From NCBI GenBank assembly GCA_023818895.1, contig JAMWCX010000003.1, positions 289,446-321,445 on the forward strand: a stretch of DNA of 32,000 nucleotides. The letters are read 5' to 3'. The first letter of the stretch is position 1; every line of letters begins with the position of its first letter. The translations under genes and the position numbers were made by a program. A model generated the notes under the pieces. It was not told the DNA's origin. It was given only the letters and a program-made list of their open reading frames with translations, and did not search any database. Positions 14,650 to 23,342 of the stretch are shown piece after piece. Origin of the DNA: Candidatus Omnitrophota bacterium. Lineage in GTDB: Bacteria > Omnitrophota > Gorgyraeia > 2-01-FULL-45-10.

Positions 14650-17247
14650 GTGAAGATGTTTTTTATACGACTCGCCATCTTTATATCAATAGCCCTCATA
14701 GTAGCGCTGTCCGCCTTCGGACAGCAGCTTTCATGGGAAGATTTGAGCAAAGAATCGTGGGAGCTCAGCAAGCAGGGTAATTTCCAGGAAGCGGTTTTGG
14801 CGGCAAAGAAGGCTCTTAAGGCCGCAATCGATGAATACGGCCCACATCATCAAAACGTTATTATCTCTCTTAACGTGTTGGCATCGCTTTATAAGTCGCA
14901 GGGACAATATGCTGCCGCCGAACCTTTCGTGAAAAGGGCGCTTGCCGTCCGCACCCTTTCGGTTGGAGAGAATTTGACCGAGCGGGATTACGCGGACATA
15001 TACAAAGGGATGAAAGATCTTTACGAGATATACAAACTTGAAAAAAAACTTGCTCACGCCGGCAAGACCCTAAGGCACGCTATAACGATCAAAGAAAAAA
15101 TCGTTGGAAATGAACACCCCGACATCGCTGCGGATCTTAAAGAGTTGATATCAATATATGAGGCAGAGGGGAAGCTTCACAGGGCCGAGCCGATATATAA
15201 AAAGGTGCTTGCCATCGAGGAGAAGACTCTTGGGGCTGACGACCCCGAAGTTCTAAAAACCATGAATAACCTGGCTGTCCTCTACAGGTCCCAGGGCGTA
15301 TATACCGATGCCGAGCCGCTTCTTAAAAGAGTGATCGAGATAACAGAGAAAAATCTTGGTCCTGAGAATGCGAGCCTCCCTACATATCTGAATAATCTCG
15401 GCACGGTATATTTTTACCAACTCCGTTTTTCGGAAGCCGCGTCGCTTTTCCAAAGGGCGCTTGCCATAGATGAGAAAAACCTCGGCCCAGATCATATCGA
15501 AATAGTGACGGACTTAAATAACCTCGCCACCGTGTACACTTACGAGAAGAAATTCAAAGAGGCCGAGGATCTTTATCACAGAGCCATGGATGTTACGGAG
15601 AAGAATCTAGGGCCTGAGAGCCAGAGGCTGATAAAATATATAAACAGCTTAGCCGCTTTATACGCCTACCAGCAAAAATTTGGCGAAGCCGAAGCGCTTT
15701 ATAAACAGGCGCTCGAGATAAATAGAAAAACGCTCGGACCAGAAGATCCCGCCGTGGTTTCGTTGTTTAACAGCATGGCGATGCTTTATGGCTCTGAGGG
15801 AAGATATGCTGAGGCAGAAGATTATTACGCCCAGGCGCTCGCTATATGTAATAAAGATACCGAAAGATATTATTCCGTACTTAAGGCGTCCCTTAGCGGT
15901 CTTGCTGACATATATGTGAAGCAGGGAAAATACTTAGAGGCGGAAGACACTCTAAAAAAACTGATAGCTGCCGCCGAAAAAGCGCTCGGACCCGACCACC
16001 CGGATGTAGTTACTGCCATTAAGGAATTAATATCAATTTATGAAGCGCAGAATAAATTTTCCCAAACAGAAGTGTATTACAACAGAATGCTGGAGGTAAT
16101 GCAAAATACCCTCGGACCCGACCACCCGGATGTTGCCAGCGCCATGAACAATCTCGCCACGCTTTACAGATCCGAGGGCCGCTATGCCAAGGCCGAACCG
16201 CTTATGAAAAAGGTAATCGAAATAACGGAGCGTACAGCCGGCTCTCAAGACAAGATGCTTCCTACATACCTAAATAACCTTGCCACTATATACTTCTACC
16301 AAAGCCGTTTGCCCGAAGCCGAAGCGCTTTTAAAGAAGGCCCTGTCGATAGATGAGAAAAACCTGGGGAGCGATCACGCGGACCTCGTGACTGACTTAAA
16401 CAATCTCGCTACGGTATATAGTTATCAGAAAAAATTCAATGAAGCCGAGATCCTGTATAAACGCGCGCTCGCGATAAACGAAAAGAACTTTGGACCAGAT
16501 AGCCAAAACACGGCGCTTTCCCTGAACAACTTAGCCTCCCTTTACGAGTCAAAAGAGGAATATGAGGCCGCAGAGAAGGCCTATAAAGAAGCGATAAGAA
16601 TAAGCGAAATAGATCCGAAAAACAATTATCCCATACTTAAAGCCTCGCTTAACAGCCTCGGTTCTGTGTACAGAGCGCAGGGCCGCTACGAAGACGCCGA
16701 ACAGATACTTCGCCGGGCCATATCCGTGGAACAGCAAATCGCCGGTCCTGAAAGCCCGGACATAGCCCAGACTATGAATAGTCTTGCGAGGATATATAGG
16801 GCGCAGGGCCGCTATTCAGAGGCTGAAGAACTGCTTAAAAATGTCATAATGATAAATGAAAAGACATTCGGCCTAGATAATCCCAATATGAAACCATATC
16901 TCAATAATCTGGCAACAGTATATTTTTACCAGAACCGCTTTGCCGACGCACAACCACTTTTGGAAAGGATTCTTGAGATAGACGAAGAGATATACGGTAA
17001 AGACCATCCTAACTTGGTGACCGACTTAAACAACCTCGCAACCGTATATTCCTATCAGGATAAATACGGAGACGCTGAGCTTCTTTACGGTAGAGCGCTT
17101 TACATATGCGAACATGCCGGCGTTAGCCCGAAAAGCACCGCCAACGTCCTCGAAAACATGGCCAACATGTATGAAAGACAGGGAGATATGGAAAAGTCGA
17201 GAGAATTCAGGAGGCGGTCGCAAGCCGTGGCTTCTAAAGGCGGATAG
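14650..17247 (+). CDS. secreted or anchored tetratricopeptide-repeat protein (kinesin-light-chain-like 42-aa TPRs), 865 aa
   Basis: N-terminal signal-like MKMFFIRLAIFISIALIVALSAFGQQ. Followed by repeated units of the form NNLATVY..Q.KF.EAE.LY.RAL.I.EK.LGPDHP.V. The start is GTG 14650 or ATG 14656. Confidence 0.85.
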   Translation: MKMFFIRLAIFISIALIVALSAFGQQLSWEDLSKESWELSKQGNFQEAVLAAKKALKAAIDEYGPHHQNVIISLNVLASLYKSQGQYAAAEPFVKRALAVRTLSVGENLTERDYADIYKGMKDLYEIYKLEKKLAHAGKTLRHAITIKEKIVGNEHPDIAADLKELISIYEAEGKLHRAEPIYKKVLAIEEKTLGADDPEVLKTMNNLAVLYRSQGVYTDAEPLLKRVIEITEKNLGPENASLPTYLNNLGTVYFYQLRFSEAASLFQRALAIDEKNLGPDHIEIVTDLNNLATVYTYEKKFKEAEDLYHRAMDVTEKNLGPESQRLIKYINSLAALYAYQQKFGEAEALYKQALEINRKTLGPEDPAVVSLFNSMAMLYGSEGRYAEAEDYYAQALAICNKDTERYYSVLKASLSGLADIYVKQGKYLEAEDTLKKLIAAAEKALGPDHPDVVTAIKELISIYEAQNKFSQTEVYYNRMLEVMQNTLGPDHPDVASAMNNLATLYRSEGRYAKAEPLMKKVIEITERTAGSQDKMLPTYLNNLATIYFYQSRLPEAEALLKKALSIDEKNLGSDHADLVTDLNNLATVYSYQKKFNEAEILYKRALAINEKNFGPDSQNTALSLNNLASLYESKEEYEAAEKAYKEAIRISEIDPKNNYPILKASLNSLGSVYRAQGRYEDAEQILRRAISVEQQIAGPESPDIAQTMNSLARIYRAQGRYSEAEELLKNVIMINEKTFGLDNPNMKPYLNNLATVYFYQNRFADAQPLLERILEIDEEIYGKDHPNLVTDLNNLATVYSYQDKYGDAELLYGRALYICEHAGVSPKSTANVLENMANMYERQGDMEKSREFRRRSQAVASKGG

Positions 17248-17613
17248 CATTATAAGTATGCTGGCCTAACTTCGATATCGATATCATAATCAAAATAGCG
17301 ATGATTAGACAAGATGTTGGCCAAAAGATCTAGCTCTAAATAGGCATCTTCCTAGAAATAACCATAACTCTAAAGCTCCTATTATATTTTCCTACCACAT
17401 ATTCAAATGGTAAATCTTACCTATTTCGTATATACAATATCGACGTTAGTATAAAAAAAGGTTAATTTAGATTAAACATAACTTAAAATAATGTGATATA
17501 CTTATAATCGAGTTAGGTAATGAGAAAGCTAATAATCCTTTCTGTGAGATTTATGATCACATATTTTTTTGACGATTTTATAAAAAATATTATAAAGAGC
17601 GAAGGTTGGGAAT

Positions 17614-18045
17614 ATGAAAAGCACAAAACCGATTGTAAAAACTATCTCATCATCGTTCTTATTAATTTTTATGAGTATGTTTATCCTTGCTCAGCCGATA
17701 GCGACCGCAAGCATCAAGTGGCATGACCTTCCGAGGCCTTATGAAATAGGTGAGGCAAGCTTTTACTCTTATGAATGTGCCCACCTTCCAATGGCGAACG
17801 GAAAAGCCTTTGACCCCGAAAAGAGGACTTGCGCAAGTTGGTTTTACGATTTTGGAACGGTTCTGACGGTGAAAAGCCTTGATACTGGCCGTACCACAGA
17901 AGTCATAGTAACAGATAGAGGGCCGAATAGAAGGCTAGTAAAAAAAGGGAGGGTGATTGATCTATCGAAAAGAGCGTTTGAAGACATATGCAATCCAGCC
18001 AAAGGCCTAACGAAAGTTCTAGTACGAGTAAAATCCCGCCACTAG
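17614..18045 (+). CDS. RlpA-like double-psi beta-barrel (DPBB) lipoprotein or lytic-transglycosylase-family protein
   Basis: Signal peptide, then GEASFYSYE...MANGKAFDPEKRTCASWFYDFGTVLTVKSLDTGRTTEVIVTDRGPN...RVIDLSKRAFEDI, which follows the RlpA/DPBB pattern. Confidence 0.75.
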   Translation: MKSTKPIVKTISSSFLLIFMSMFILAQPIATASIKWHDLPRPYEIGEASFYSYECAHLPMANGKAFDPEKRTCASWFYDFGTVLTVKSLDTGRTTEVIVTDRGPNRRLVKKGRVIDLSKRAFEDICNPAKGLTKVLVRVKSRH

Positions 18046-18070
18046 TAATGAAAATATTTTCTGTTCTCTC

Positions 18071-18099
18071 TTGACAATATAATATTAATTAGGTATACT
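18071..18099 (+). promoter_or_regulatory. sigma70 promoter (TTGACA-N17-TATACT) upstream of the ROK gene
   Basis: TTGACA 18071-18076, 17-nt spacer, TATACT 18094-18099. Confidence 0.6.
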
Positions 18100-18109
18100 T
18101 ATCCAAAAA

Positions 18110-18122
18110 GTTAGTTACTAAC
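18110..18122. promoter_or_regulatory. 13-bp palindrome GTTAGT-T-ACTAAC at about +5 to +17 of the promoter (candidate operator)
   Basis: Perfect inverted repeat at 18110-18122, directly downstream of the -10 hexamer. Confidence 0.4.
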
Positions 18123-18171
18123 CTAAAAATTTACGTTGTAAAAAATAAAAAAGTGTTGAACAAAAACATGT

Positions 18172-18212
18172 AAATCAGCCTTAACAAAAATGTTGTATGG
18201 CTGATTTTTTTT
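18172..18212 (+). terminator. intrinsic-terminator-like hairpin inside the ROK gene leader
   Basis: AAATCAGCC 18172-18180 pairs with GGCTGATTT 18199-18207, followed by a T-run to 18212. It lies between the promoter (18071-18099) and ATG 18231. Confidence 0.5.
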
Positions 18213-18230
18213 ACTGGAAAGGTTAAGAAA

Positions 18231-19388
18231 ATGAAAACAAAGAGGAACAAAGTTTTCACATATCATGGGCTCAGCGATAAAGAAAACAGAAATCTCATGA
18301 TATTCGATCTCATAAGGAAGAGAGGTGTCATATCAAGGACAGAGGTGTCCAAGATAACCGGCATCAACGTTGTTTCGGTTTCTAATTATATCAACAGCTA
18401 TCTTACGAAGAAACTTATATTGGAAAAAGGGTTAGCGGTATCGAGTGGCGGCAGGAAGCCTGAGCTCGTCGAGCTGAACACTCGCGATAATTTCGTGATA
18501 GGCGTGGACGCATCCGGCGCCGAGGCGCGCGTTATTCTCGCCGATATAGGCATGCGAGTTGTGGAAAAGAGGATGGCCGAAAAAGGCCGCGCTAAAGATT
18601 TCTCCGGAGTAATAATTGATCTTATAAAGGATGTGATGTCAGCAGCCGCTGTGGATATTTCGAAAGTCAAGATGGTCGGAGTAGGCGTGAGTGACGCGTC
18701 TCAACTTTTTTTGGGGACGGCGCTAGAAAAAGAATTTCACGTCGAATGTTTCAATGGAGGTCTCGCCTCCTGCGCGGCCTACGCGGAAAAAAGGCTTAAT
18801 CCAAATATCAGCGCCTCAAGCCTTTTATATATGCATACAGACCTGGGACGCGGGGTAATGATAAGCGGCGAGGTGTGTTTCGGCGGAACGGACGGCGATG
18901 GAGAGTTAGACGGCGCCGCTCCGAAGATAGCAAAAGGCGACATACCAGACATGATGCGTTATATGAGAGCGTGGGATGAGTACTTGAGCATCGTGCAGAC
19001 CGCCAAGAGAGAAGTTTCGAAAGGTATAGGCACAAAGATTGTGAGCCTTGCCAAGGGTAATATAGACAAGATAACAGAAGATGTGGTAATAGAGGCGGCC
19101 AGGCAGAATGACGAGGTGGCCCTTAATATAGTGCAGTCAGTCGGCATAAACCTTGGCCTTCGCATAGCTTTTCTGATAAACCTGTTTACCCCTGAGGTGG
19201 TGGTGGTCGGCGGAGGGCCCGAAAAGGCGCAGGATATCATCTTTGCGCCGATGCGGAAGATGGTGGAGAGACTGTCTTTTGCTAAACTTGCCCACAATGT
19301 CAAGGTAGTTGCTGGCTCGCTTGGCGAAGACGCCGCGGTCTTAGGGGCCGCCGCTCTTGCGGTGAGGGAACTTTTTTTGCGGTCGTGA
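18231..19388 (+). CDS. ROK-family protein with an N-terminal winged-HTH (NagC/Mlc/XylR-type repressor architecture)
   Basis: The N-terminus NRNLMIFDLIRKRGVISRTEVSKITGINVVSVSNYINSYL is an HTH. It is followed by GGRKPELVELN...VIGVDASG and a C-terminal ...PEVVVVGGGP...GEDAAVLGAAALA sugar-kinase/ROK fold. I did not see the usual CxCGxxGC zinc motif. Confidence 0.75.
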   Translation: MKTKRNKVFTYHGLSDKENRNLMIFDLIRKRGVISRTEVSKITGINVVSVSNYINSYLTKKLILEKGLAVSSGGRKPELVELNTRDNFVIGVDASGAEARVILADIGMRVVEKRMAEKGRAKDFSGVIIDLIKDVMSAAAVDISKVKMVGVGVSDASQLFLGTALEKEFHVECFNGGLASCAAYAEKRLNPNISASSLLYMHTDLGRGVMISGEVCFGGTDGDGELDGAAPKIAKGDIPDMMRYMRAWDEYLSIVQTAKREVSKGIGTKIVSLAKGNIDKITEDVVIEAARQNDEVALNIVQSVGINLGLRIAFLINLFTPEVVVVGGGPEKAQDIIFAPMRKMVERLSFAKLAHNVKVVAGSLGEDAAVLGAAALAVRELFLRS

Positions 19389-19442
19389 TATATTTTCATA
19401 TCCGTAGTTTTAAACTTAGAAAATAATAAAGAGAGGTAACCT

Positions 19443-19793
19443 ATGGCAGAAGAGAGGATATGCAAAATTTGCGGTAAACCATTCCTTCCTAATAAATATC
19501 GTCCTAACCAGACCATATGCTCTTCACTCGAATGCCAGTATCAACGCCAGCTCGATAATATGAAACAGTGGCGGCAGAGAAATCCTAACTATTTCAAGTA
19601 TAAGGAAAGCCAGGATTCCTCGTGGAAGGAGACCTGTCGATCGAGATCGCTCGAATGGCGAAAAAGGCATATGGAGTATCTGAAGCTTTACAGGGAAGAA
19701 CACAGAGAACGCCACCGCAGCTACATGAGAGAATACATGAGAGAATATAGAAAGAAAAAACGCCTTGGCCAGGAAGGTCAAGCGGCTGTCTAA
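19443..19793 (+). CDS. small zinc-ribbon protein with a highly basic helical tail (116 aa), unknown function
   Basis: CKICGKPF...ICSSLECQ (a CxxC...CxxxC arrangement) followed by an R/K/E/Y-rich tail (RKRHMEYLKLYREEHRERHRSYMREYMREYRKKKR). GAGGT RBS 6 nt upstream. Confidence 0.6.
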   Translation: MAEERICKICGKPFLPNKYRPNQTICSSLECQYQRQLDNMKQWRQRNPNYFKYKESQDSSWKETCRSRSLEWRKRHMEYLKLYREEHRERHRSYMREYMREYRKKKRLGQEGQAAV

Positions 19794-19813
19794 GGGACAA
19801 GATTTTGTCTAGG

Positions 19814-21940
19814 ATGATGCTTAAAAAAATAAGACATGAGTTTGCAAAGCTTCTACGACTTATTTTATTGCCGGCGGTATTGATAGCAATATGCGGACAG
19901 GAGATTTCTTACGCGAAAGAAGAGGCCAAGAAGGAAGAACTGGAGCTAGGGCTTATTCCTGATTTTGCCCAGAAGCCAATCGCCAAACCCCAAAGCGTAA
20001 AAGCAGAAGGGATAAAGGCCGGCGTTCTTGAGGTCAAAGAAGAGGCCAAGAAGGTGTCTGCCGGCAAAGTGACTACCGTCGAGGCCCCTCCTAAAGAGAT
20101 TTCTGCTGAAGCTCCATCCCGACAAGCAAGAGAGGAAAAGGTCGAAGAGGCCGTCTCGAAATACAAAGCCACCGAAAAGATAAAAACCGCGCCTATAACG
20201 AGCACCCCGGTAACCTTATCTGAACAACCTATCGCGCCTACTCCGCCAAAGCCAGAAGCGCAAGCACCTAAATCCGCTTTAAGCGACCTTCTTAATGAGG
20301 CCGATGTCCTCTTCGCTGGCGGCCGATACGAAGAGGCCATAACGAAGTGGGAAAAGGCATTAGAGTTAGACCCCTCTAATACAGACATAAAGCGTAACAT
20401 CAATGAGGCTGAAGCGAGGATCGAAATGAGATTTGCTAAAGAGACGAAAGCGGCCAAACCCGAAATTATCTCTCCCTCTCGCAAGGAGGTTGGGATAGAG
20501 AAGATGTCAATTGCCGAAAAACCCAGCGTTTTGAAAATGACCAGCGAGAAGATAAAGCAGAAATTCACACTCAAAGATTGCATAGATACAGCGGTGAAGA
20601 ATCACATACCGCTACAGGTTGCAGAAAAGAGCGTCAAGCTTGCCAGGTTAAGGGTCCTTGAAGCAAGAAGGAATATGCTTCCGTCGGCAAGCGTTAATTT
20701 CGAGACTTCAAGCGGTAAGGTCAACGGTCAGCGCTATACCGGAAGGAAGCAGTATATCGAAGGGCAGCAGCCGGTATTTCACGGAGGCGAGCTCTATTAT
20801 GCGATGAAACAGGCCGAGGTTAATCTTGAGATTACAAGGACAGAATACTCTAAGATAAAGAATGAATTGGTTTTGCAGGTTAAGAAGGGTTATTATACTC
20901 TCGCCAAATCTAAAGAAAACCTGGAACTTCAGAAAGAATTATCAAACTCGGTCGAACGCATTTATGACATGGTGAAAAAACAGGCTGAGGCGAACATCAT
21001 CTCGAAGATCGAATTACTCAATGTAACTTCCCAGAAGAGCCAGGTAGGTTATCAGCTTGCCTCGGCCCAGGGCGATGTGGAAGTGGCGGAGCTTATACTA
21101 AAACAGGCTATGAATGTTGATCCGAAAGCGGATATTGACATAGAGACAGACCTGGCGCTAAACAAGGTCGAGGTAGATTACGAAAAGGCCCTTTCCGCTG
21201 CCATGGCCAATAGGCCGGAGGTGAGGATAAATCTTCTTATGATGGATTATTACAGATATGGCCAGCGCATAGCAAGGGCCAAGGGATCTTTCAAGGTCGA
21301 CATCATGGGTAACTGGGGTCTTGCCAAAGAAGAGTATGCCTATCCCGATAATGGCATCATCCCGGGGTCTCCGCAAAATCCCGACGGAAGTTATACTAAC
21401 TGGTATCAGGATAATAAGCTTGAACAGCAATGGTACGCGGGAATCAAGGCGTCTGTGCCGGTATGGGGCTCGACAGCAGAATACTCATACACGCGCGAAC
21501 AATGGGTGCCGGTGGTTAGCGCTTATCAAGGTACAGAGGCGGCGACGAACGCCTTCAAGTTTAAGCTGTTCGACAGGCTGGATACATTTTCGGAGGTCCA
21601 ACTTTCTGATATAGATTTTGAAAGGGCGAGGCAGGAGCTTGTCAAAATACGCCAAGATGTTACACTCGAAGTAAAAGAGCAATGTTTTAACTACCAAAAA
21701 GCGCTCATACAGCTTGAGACGGCGTCAAGTAAAGTCAAGTATCAGGAAAGCGATCTTAACTTCATGAAGATGAAGCGTGGTTTAGATGAGGTTCAAGATT
21801 CAAACGTAATAGACAGCATGATAAAGCTGGCACAGGAGAAGTTCGGCTACGTGCAGGCCCTGACAGACTGCCATATATCACTTGCCAGTATAAACAAAGC
21901 TATCGGGATAGAAAATTATTATAAGGAAAGGCCGGAGTAA
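19814..21940 (+). CDS. TolC-like outer-membrane efflux protein (OMF) with an N-terminal extension of about 250 aa
   Basis: The C-terminal ~450 aa (FTLKDCIDTAVKNHIPLQVAEKSVKLARLRVLEARRNMLPSASVNFETS...) follows the OEP/TolC two-repeat pattern. The N-terminus has a signal-like segment, a K/E/P/A-rich region and one TPR-like unit (ADVLFAGGRYEEAITKWEKALELDPSN). ATG 19814 is preferred to the track's TTG 19805. Confidence 0.8.
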   Translation: MMLKKIRHEFAKLLRLILLPAVLIAICGQEISYAKEEAKKEELELGLIPDFAQKPIAKPQSVKAEGIKAGVLEVKEEAKKVSAGKVTTVEAPPKEISAEAPSRQAREEKVEEAVSKYKATEKIKTAPITSTPVTLSEQPIAPTPPKPEAQAPKSALSDLLNEADVLFAGGRYEEAITKWEKALELDPSNTDIKRNINEAEARIEMRFAKETKAAKPEIISPSRKEVGIEKMSIAEKPSVLKMTSEKIKQKFTLKDCIDTAVKNHIPLQVAEKSVKLARLRVLEARRNMLPSASVNFETSSGKVNGQRYTGRKQYIEGQQPVFHGGELYYAMKQAEVNLEITRTEYSKIKNELVLQVKKGYYTLAKSKENLELQKELSNSVERIYDMVKKQAEANIISKIELLNVTSQKSQVGYQLASAQGDVEVAELILKQAMNVDPKADIDIETDLALNKVEVDYEKALSAAMANRPEVRINLLMMDYYRYGQRIARAKGSFKVDIMGNWGLAKEEYAYPDNGIIPGSPQNPDGSYTNWYQDNKLEQQWYAGIKASVPVWGSTAEYSYTREQWVPVVSAYQGTEAATNAFKFKLFDRLDTFSEVQLSDIDFERARQELVKIRQDVTLEVKEQCFNYQKALIQLETASSKVKYQESDLNFMKMKRGLDEVQDSNVIDSMIKLAQEKFGYVQALTDCHISLASINKAIGIENYYKERPE

Positions 21941-21972
21941 ACAATCTTAAATAACGAGGAGTGTATGTAAAA

Positions 21973-23262
21973 ATGAAGAATATTATAGGCAATATATTCG
22001 CATCTGTAACGAGCCTATTTCAGCAACGGATACCCAGAATAGATCTTAAGGATAAAAATACGAAAAAGAGGCTAATCGTTGGCGCGCTTATACTGGTTGT
22101 GGTAGTGGTAGTGCTCGCTAGGACCATCACTAATCTGCAGGGCGTTATATTTAAGAAAAAACCCAAAGAGGCTAAGGCGCCTGCCGTAACTTTTGAAGAG
22201 AGCGCCTCTCCAGTAAAGGCGTTCAGAGTGAAAAAAACAGATTTTCGGGATACATTACCCTGTCTTGGCACAGTCAAAGGATACCGTGAGGTCAATCTTA
22301 AGTTCCAGGTAGCTGGTGTCATCGAAAGCTTCAATTTCGAAGAGGGCGAGAAGATACAGGAGGGAGACATAATAGCGAGCCTGGACCAACGGGACGCGCT
22401 TCTCAAGCTTAAGTACGCGGAAGTGGAGCTTAAAAAAAACCAGCAGCTTTACGATATAGGTGCCATAAACGCCATAAAGCTTGAACAGGCCAAGTTAGAA
22501 TATGAATCGGCAAAAAGCGATCTGGACAAGACGAATATTTATGCGATGTCTAACGGCATGCTTGGGACAAGGGAAAAGGATGTAGGCTCATATGTGACGC
22601 CAAGCGATAGCAATGACAAAATAGGCGTATTTGTAGCCATCGATAAGGTTTACGCCGAATTTAATGTTATCGAAAAAGACGTCCCAAAAGTCTCAGTTGG
22701 GCAGAAAGTCGACGTATTCAGCGATGCCTATCCCACTAAATCTTTTAGCGGAACGATAGACCGGCTTGCCCCTATTATAGAGGGGAAATCTCGAACGGAG
22801 GTTTTAAAAGTTGAGCTAGATAATAAGGAAGGAATCCTTAAACCGGGGATGTTTCTCAGGGCCCTTGTATATACCTATGAGAAGAAAGACGCCCTTGTTA
22901 TACCTTCCTCGGCGATGAAAAAGAAGGAAACAGAATATTTTGTCTACGTCATCAATAAAGAGGAACCTAAGAAGAAAGAAATAAAGGAAAAGCCCGAGAC
23001 CGAACAGAAGAAAAAGTTCTCCTTATTCGGAGGCAAGACGAAAAAAGATAAGGCCGAAGAAGCGAAGCCGGAGATCAAGGAGAAAGAAGCGGAGTTCGGG
23101 ATCGTCGAAATAAGAAAAATAAAGGTCGGCTATACTACGCAAGACCTTGTCGAAGTGGAAGAAGGCTTGAAGGAAGACGAGCTTATAATCACTGAGGTGC
23201 AGGAAGAGTTCAAGGACAAGGCGAGCGTCGAGATTGTCGAAGTGCAGGAAGGGCTTGTGTAA
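21973..23262 (+). CDS. RND efflux periplasmic adaptor (membrane fusion protein, HlyD/AcrA family)
   Basis: N-terminal TM segment, then a lipoyl/hairpin pattern (LKFQVAGVIESFNFEEGEKIQEGDIIASLDQRDALLKLKYAEVELKK...) and a beta-barrel (VFSDAYPTKSFSGTIDRLAPII). Carries a K/E-rich insert (EEPKKKEIKEKPETEQKKK...KDKAEEAKPEIKEKE). ATG 21973 is preferred; the track's GTG is at 21961. Confidence 0.85.
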   Translation: MKNIIGNIFASVTSLFQQRIPRIDLKDKNTKKRLIVGALILVVVVVVLARTITNLQGVIFKKKPKEAKAPAVTFEESASPVKAFRVKKTDFRDTLPCLGTVKGYREVNLKFQVAGVIESFNFEEGEKIQEGDIIASLDQRDALLKLKYAEVELKKNQQLYDIGAINAIKLEQAKLEYESAKSDLDKTNIYAMSNGMLGTREKDVGSYVTPSDSNDKIGVFVAIDKVYAEFNVIEKDVPKVSVGQKVDVFSDAYPTKSFSGTIDRLAPIIEGKSRTEVLKVELDNKEGILKPGMFLRALVYTYEKKDALVIPSSAMKKKETEYFVYVINKEEPKKKEIKEKPETEQKKKFSLFGGKTKKDKAEEAKPEIKEKEAEFGIVEIRKIKVGYTTQDLVEVEEGLKEDELIITEVQEEFKDKASVEIVEVQEGLV

Positions 23263-23342
23263 AAATTCGAAATTCAAAAATTTAAATGGGCGAATTTTAA
23301 GGCCCGCGTTTTGAGTTTTGAAGATTGATTTTCGGTTAAAAT

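Noticed and set aside
17520-17726. 68-aa plus-strand ORF overlapping the start of the rlpA-like gene.
   Set aside because: It sits in a very AT-rich region and overlaps a better-supported gene in another frame. It has no recognisable domain or RBS.
19909-20583. 224-aa minus-strand ORF antisense to the OMF N-terminal extension.
   Set aside because: It is the antisense of a low-complexity K/E/A/P-rich coding region. The plus-strand frame continues seamlessly into a clear TolC-like domain.
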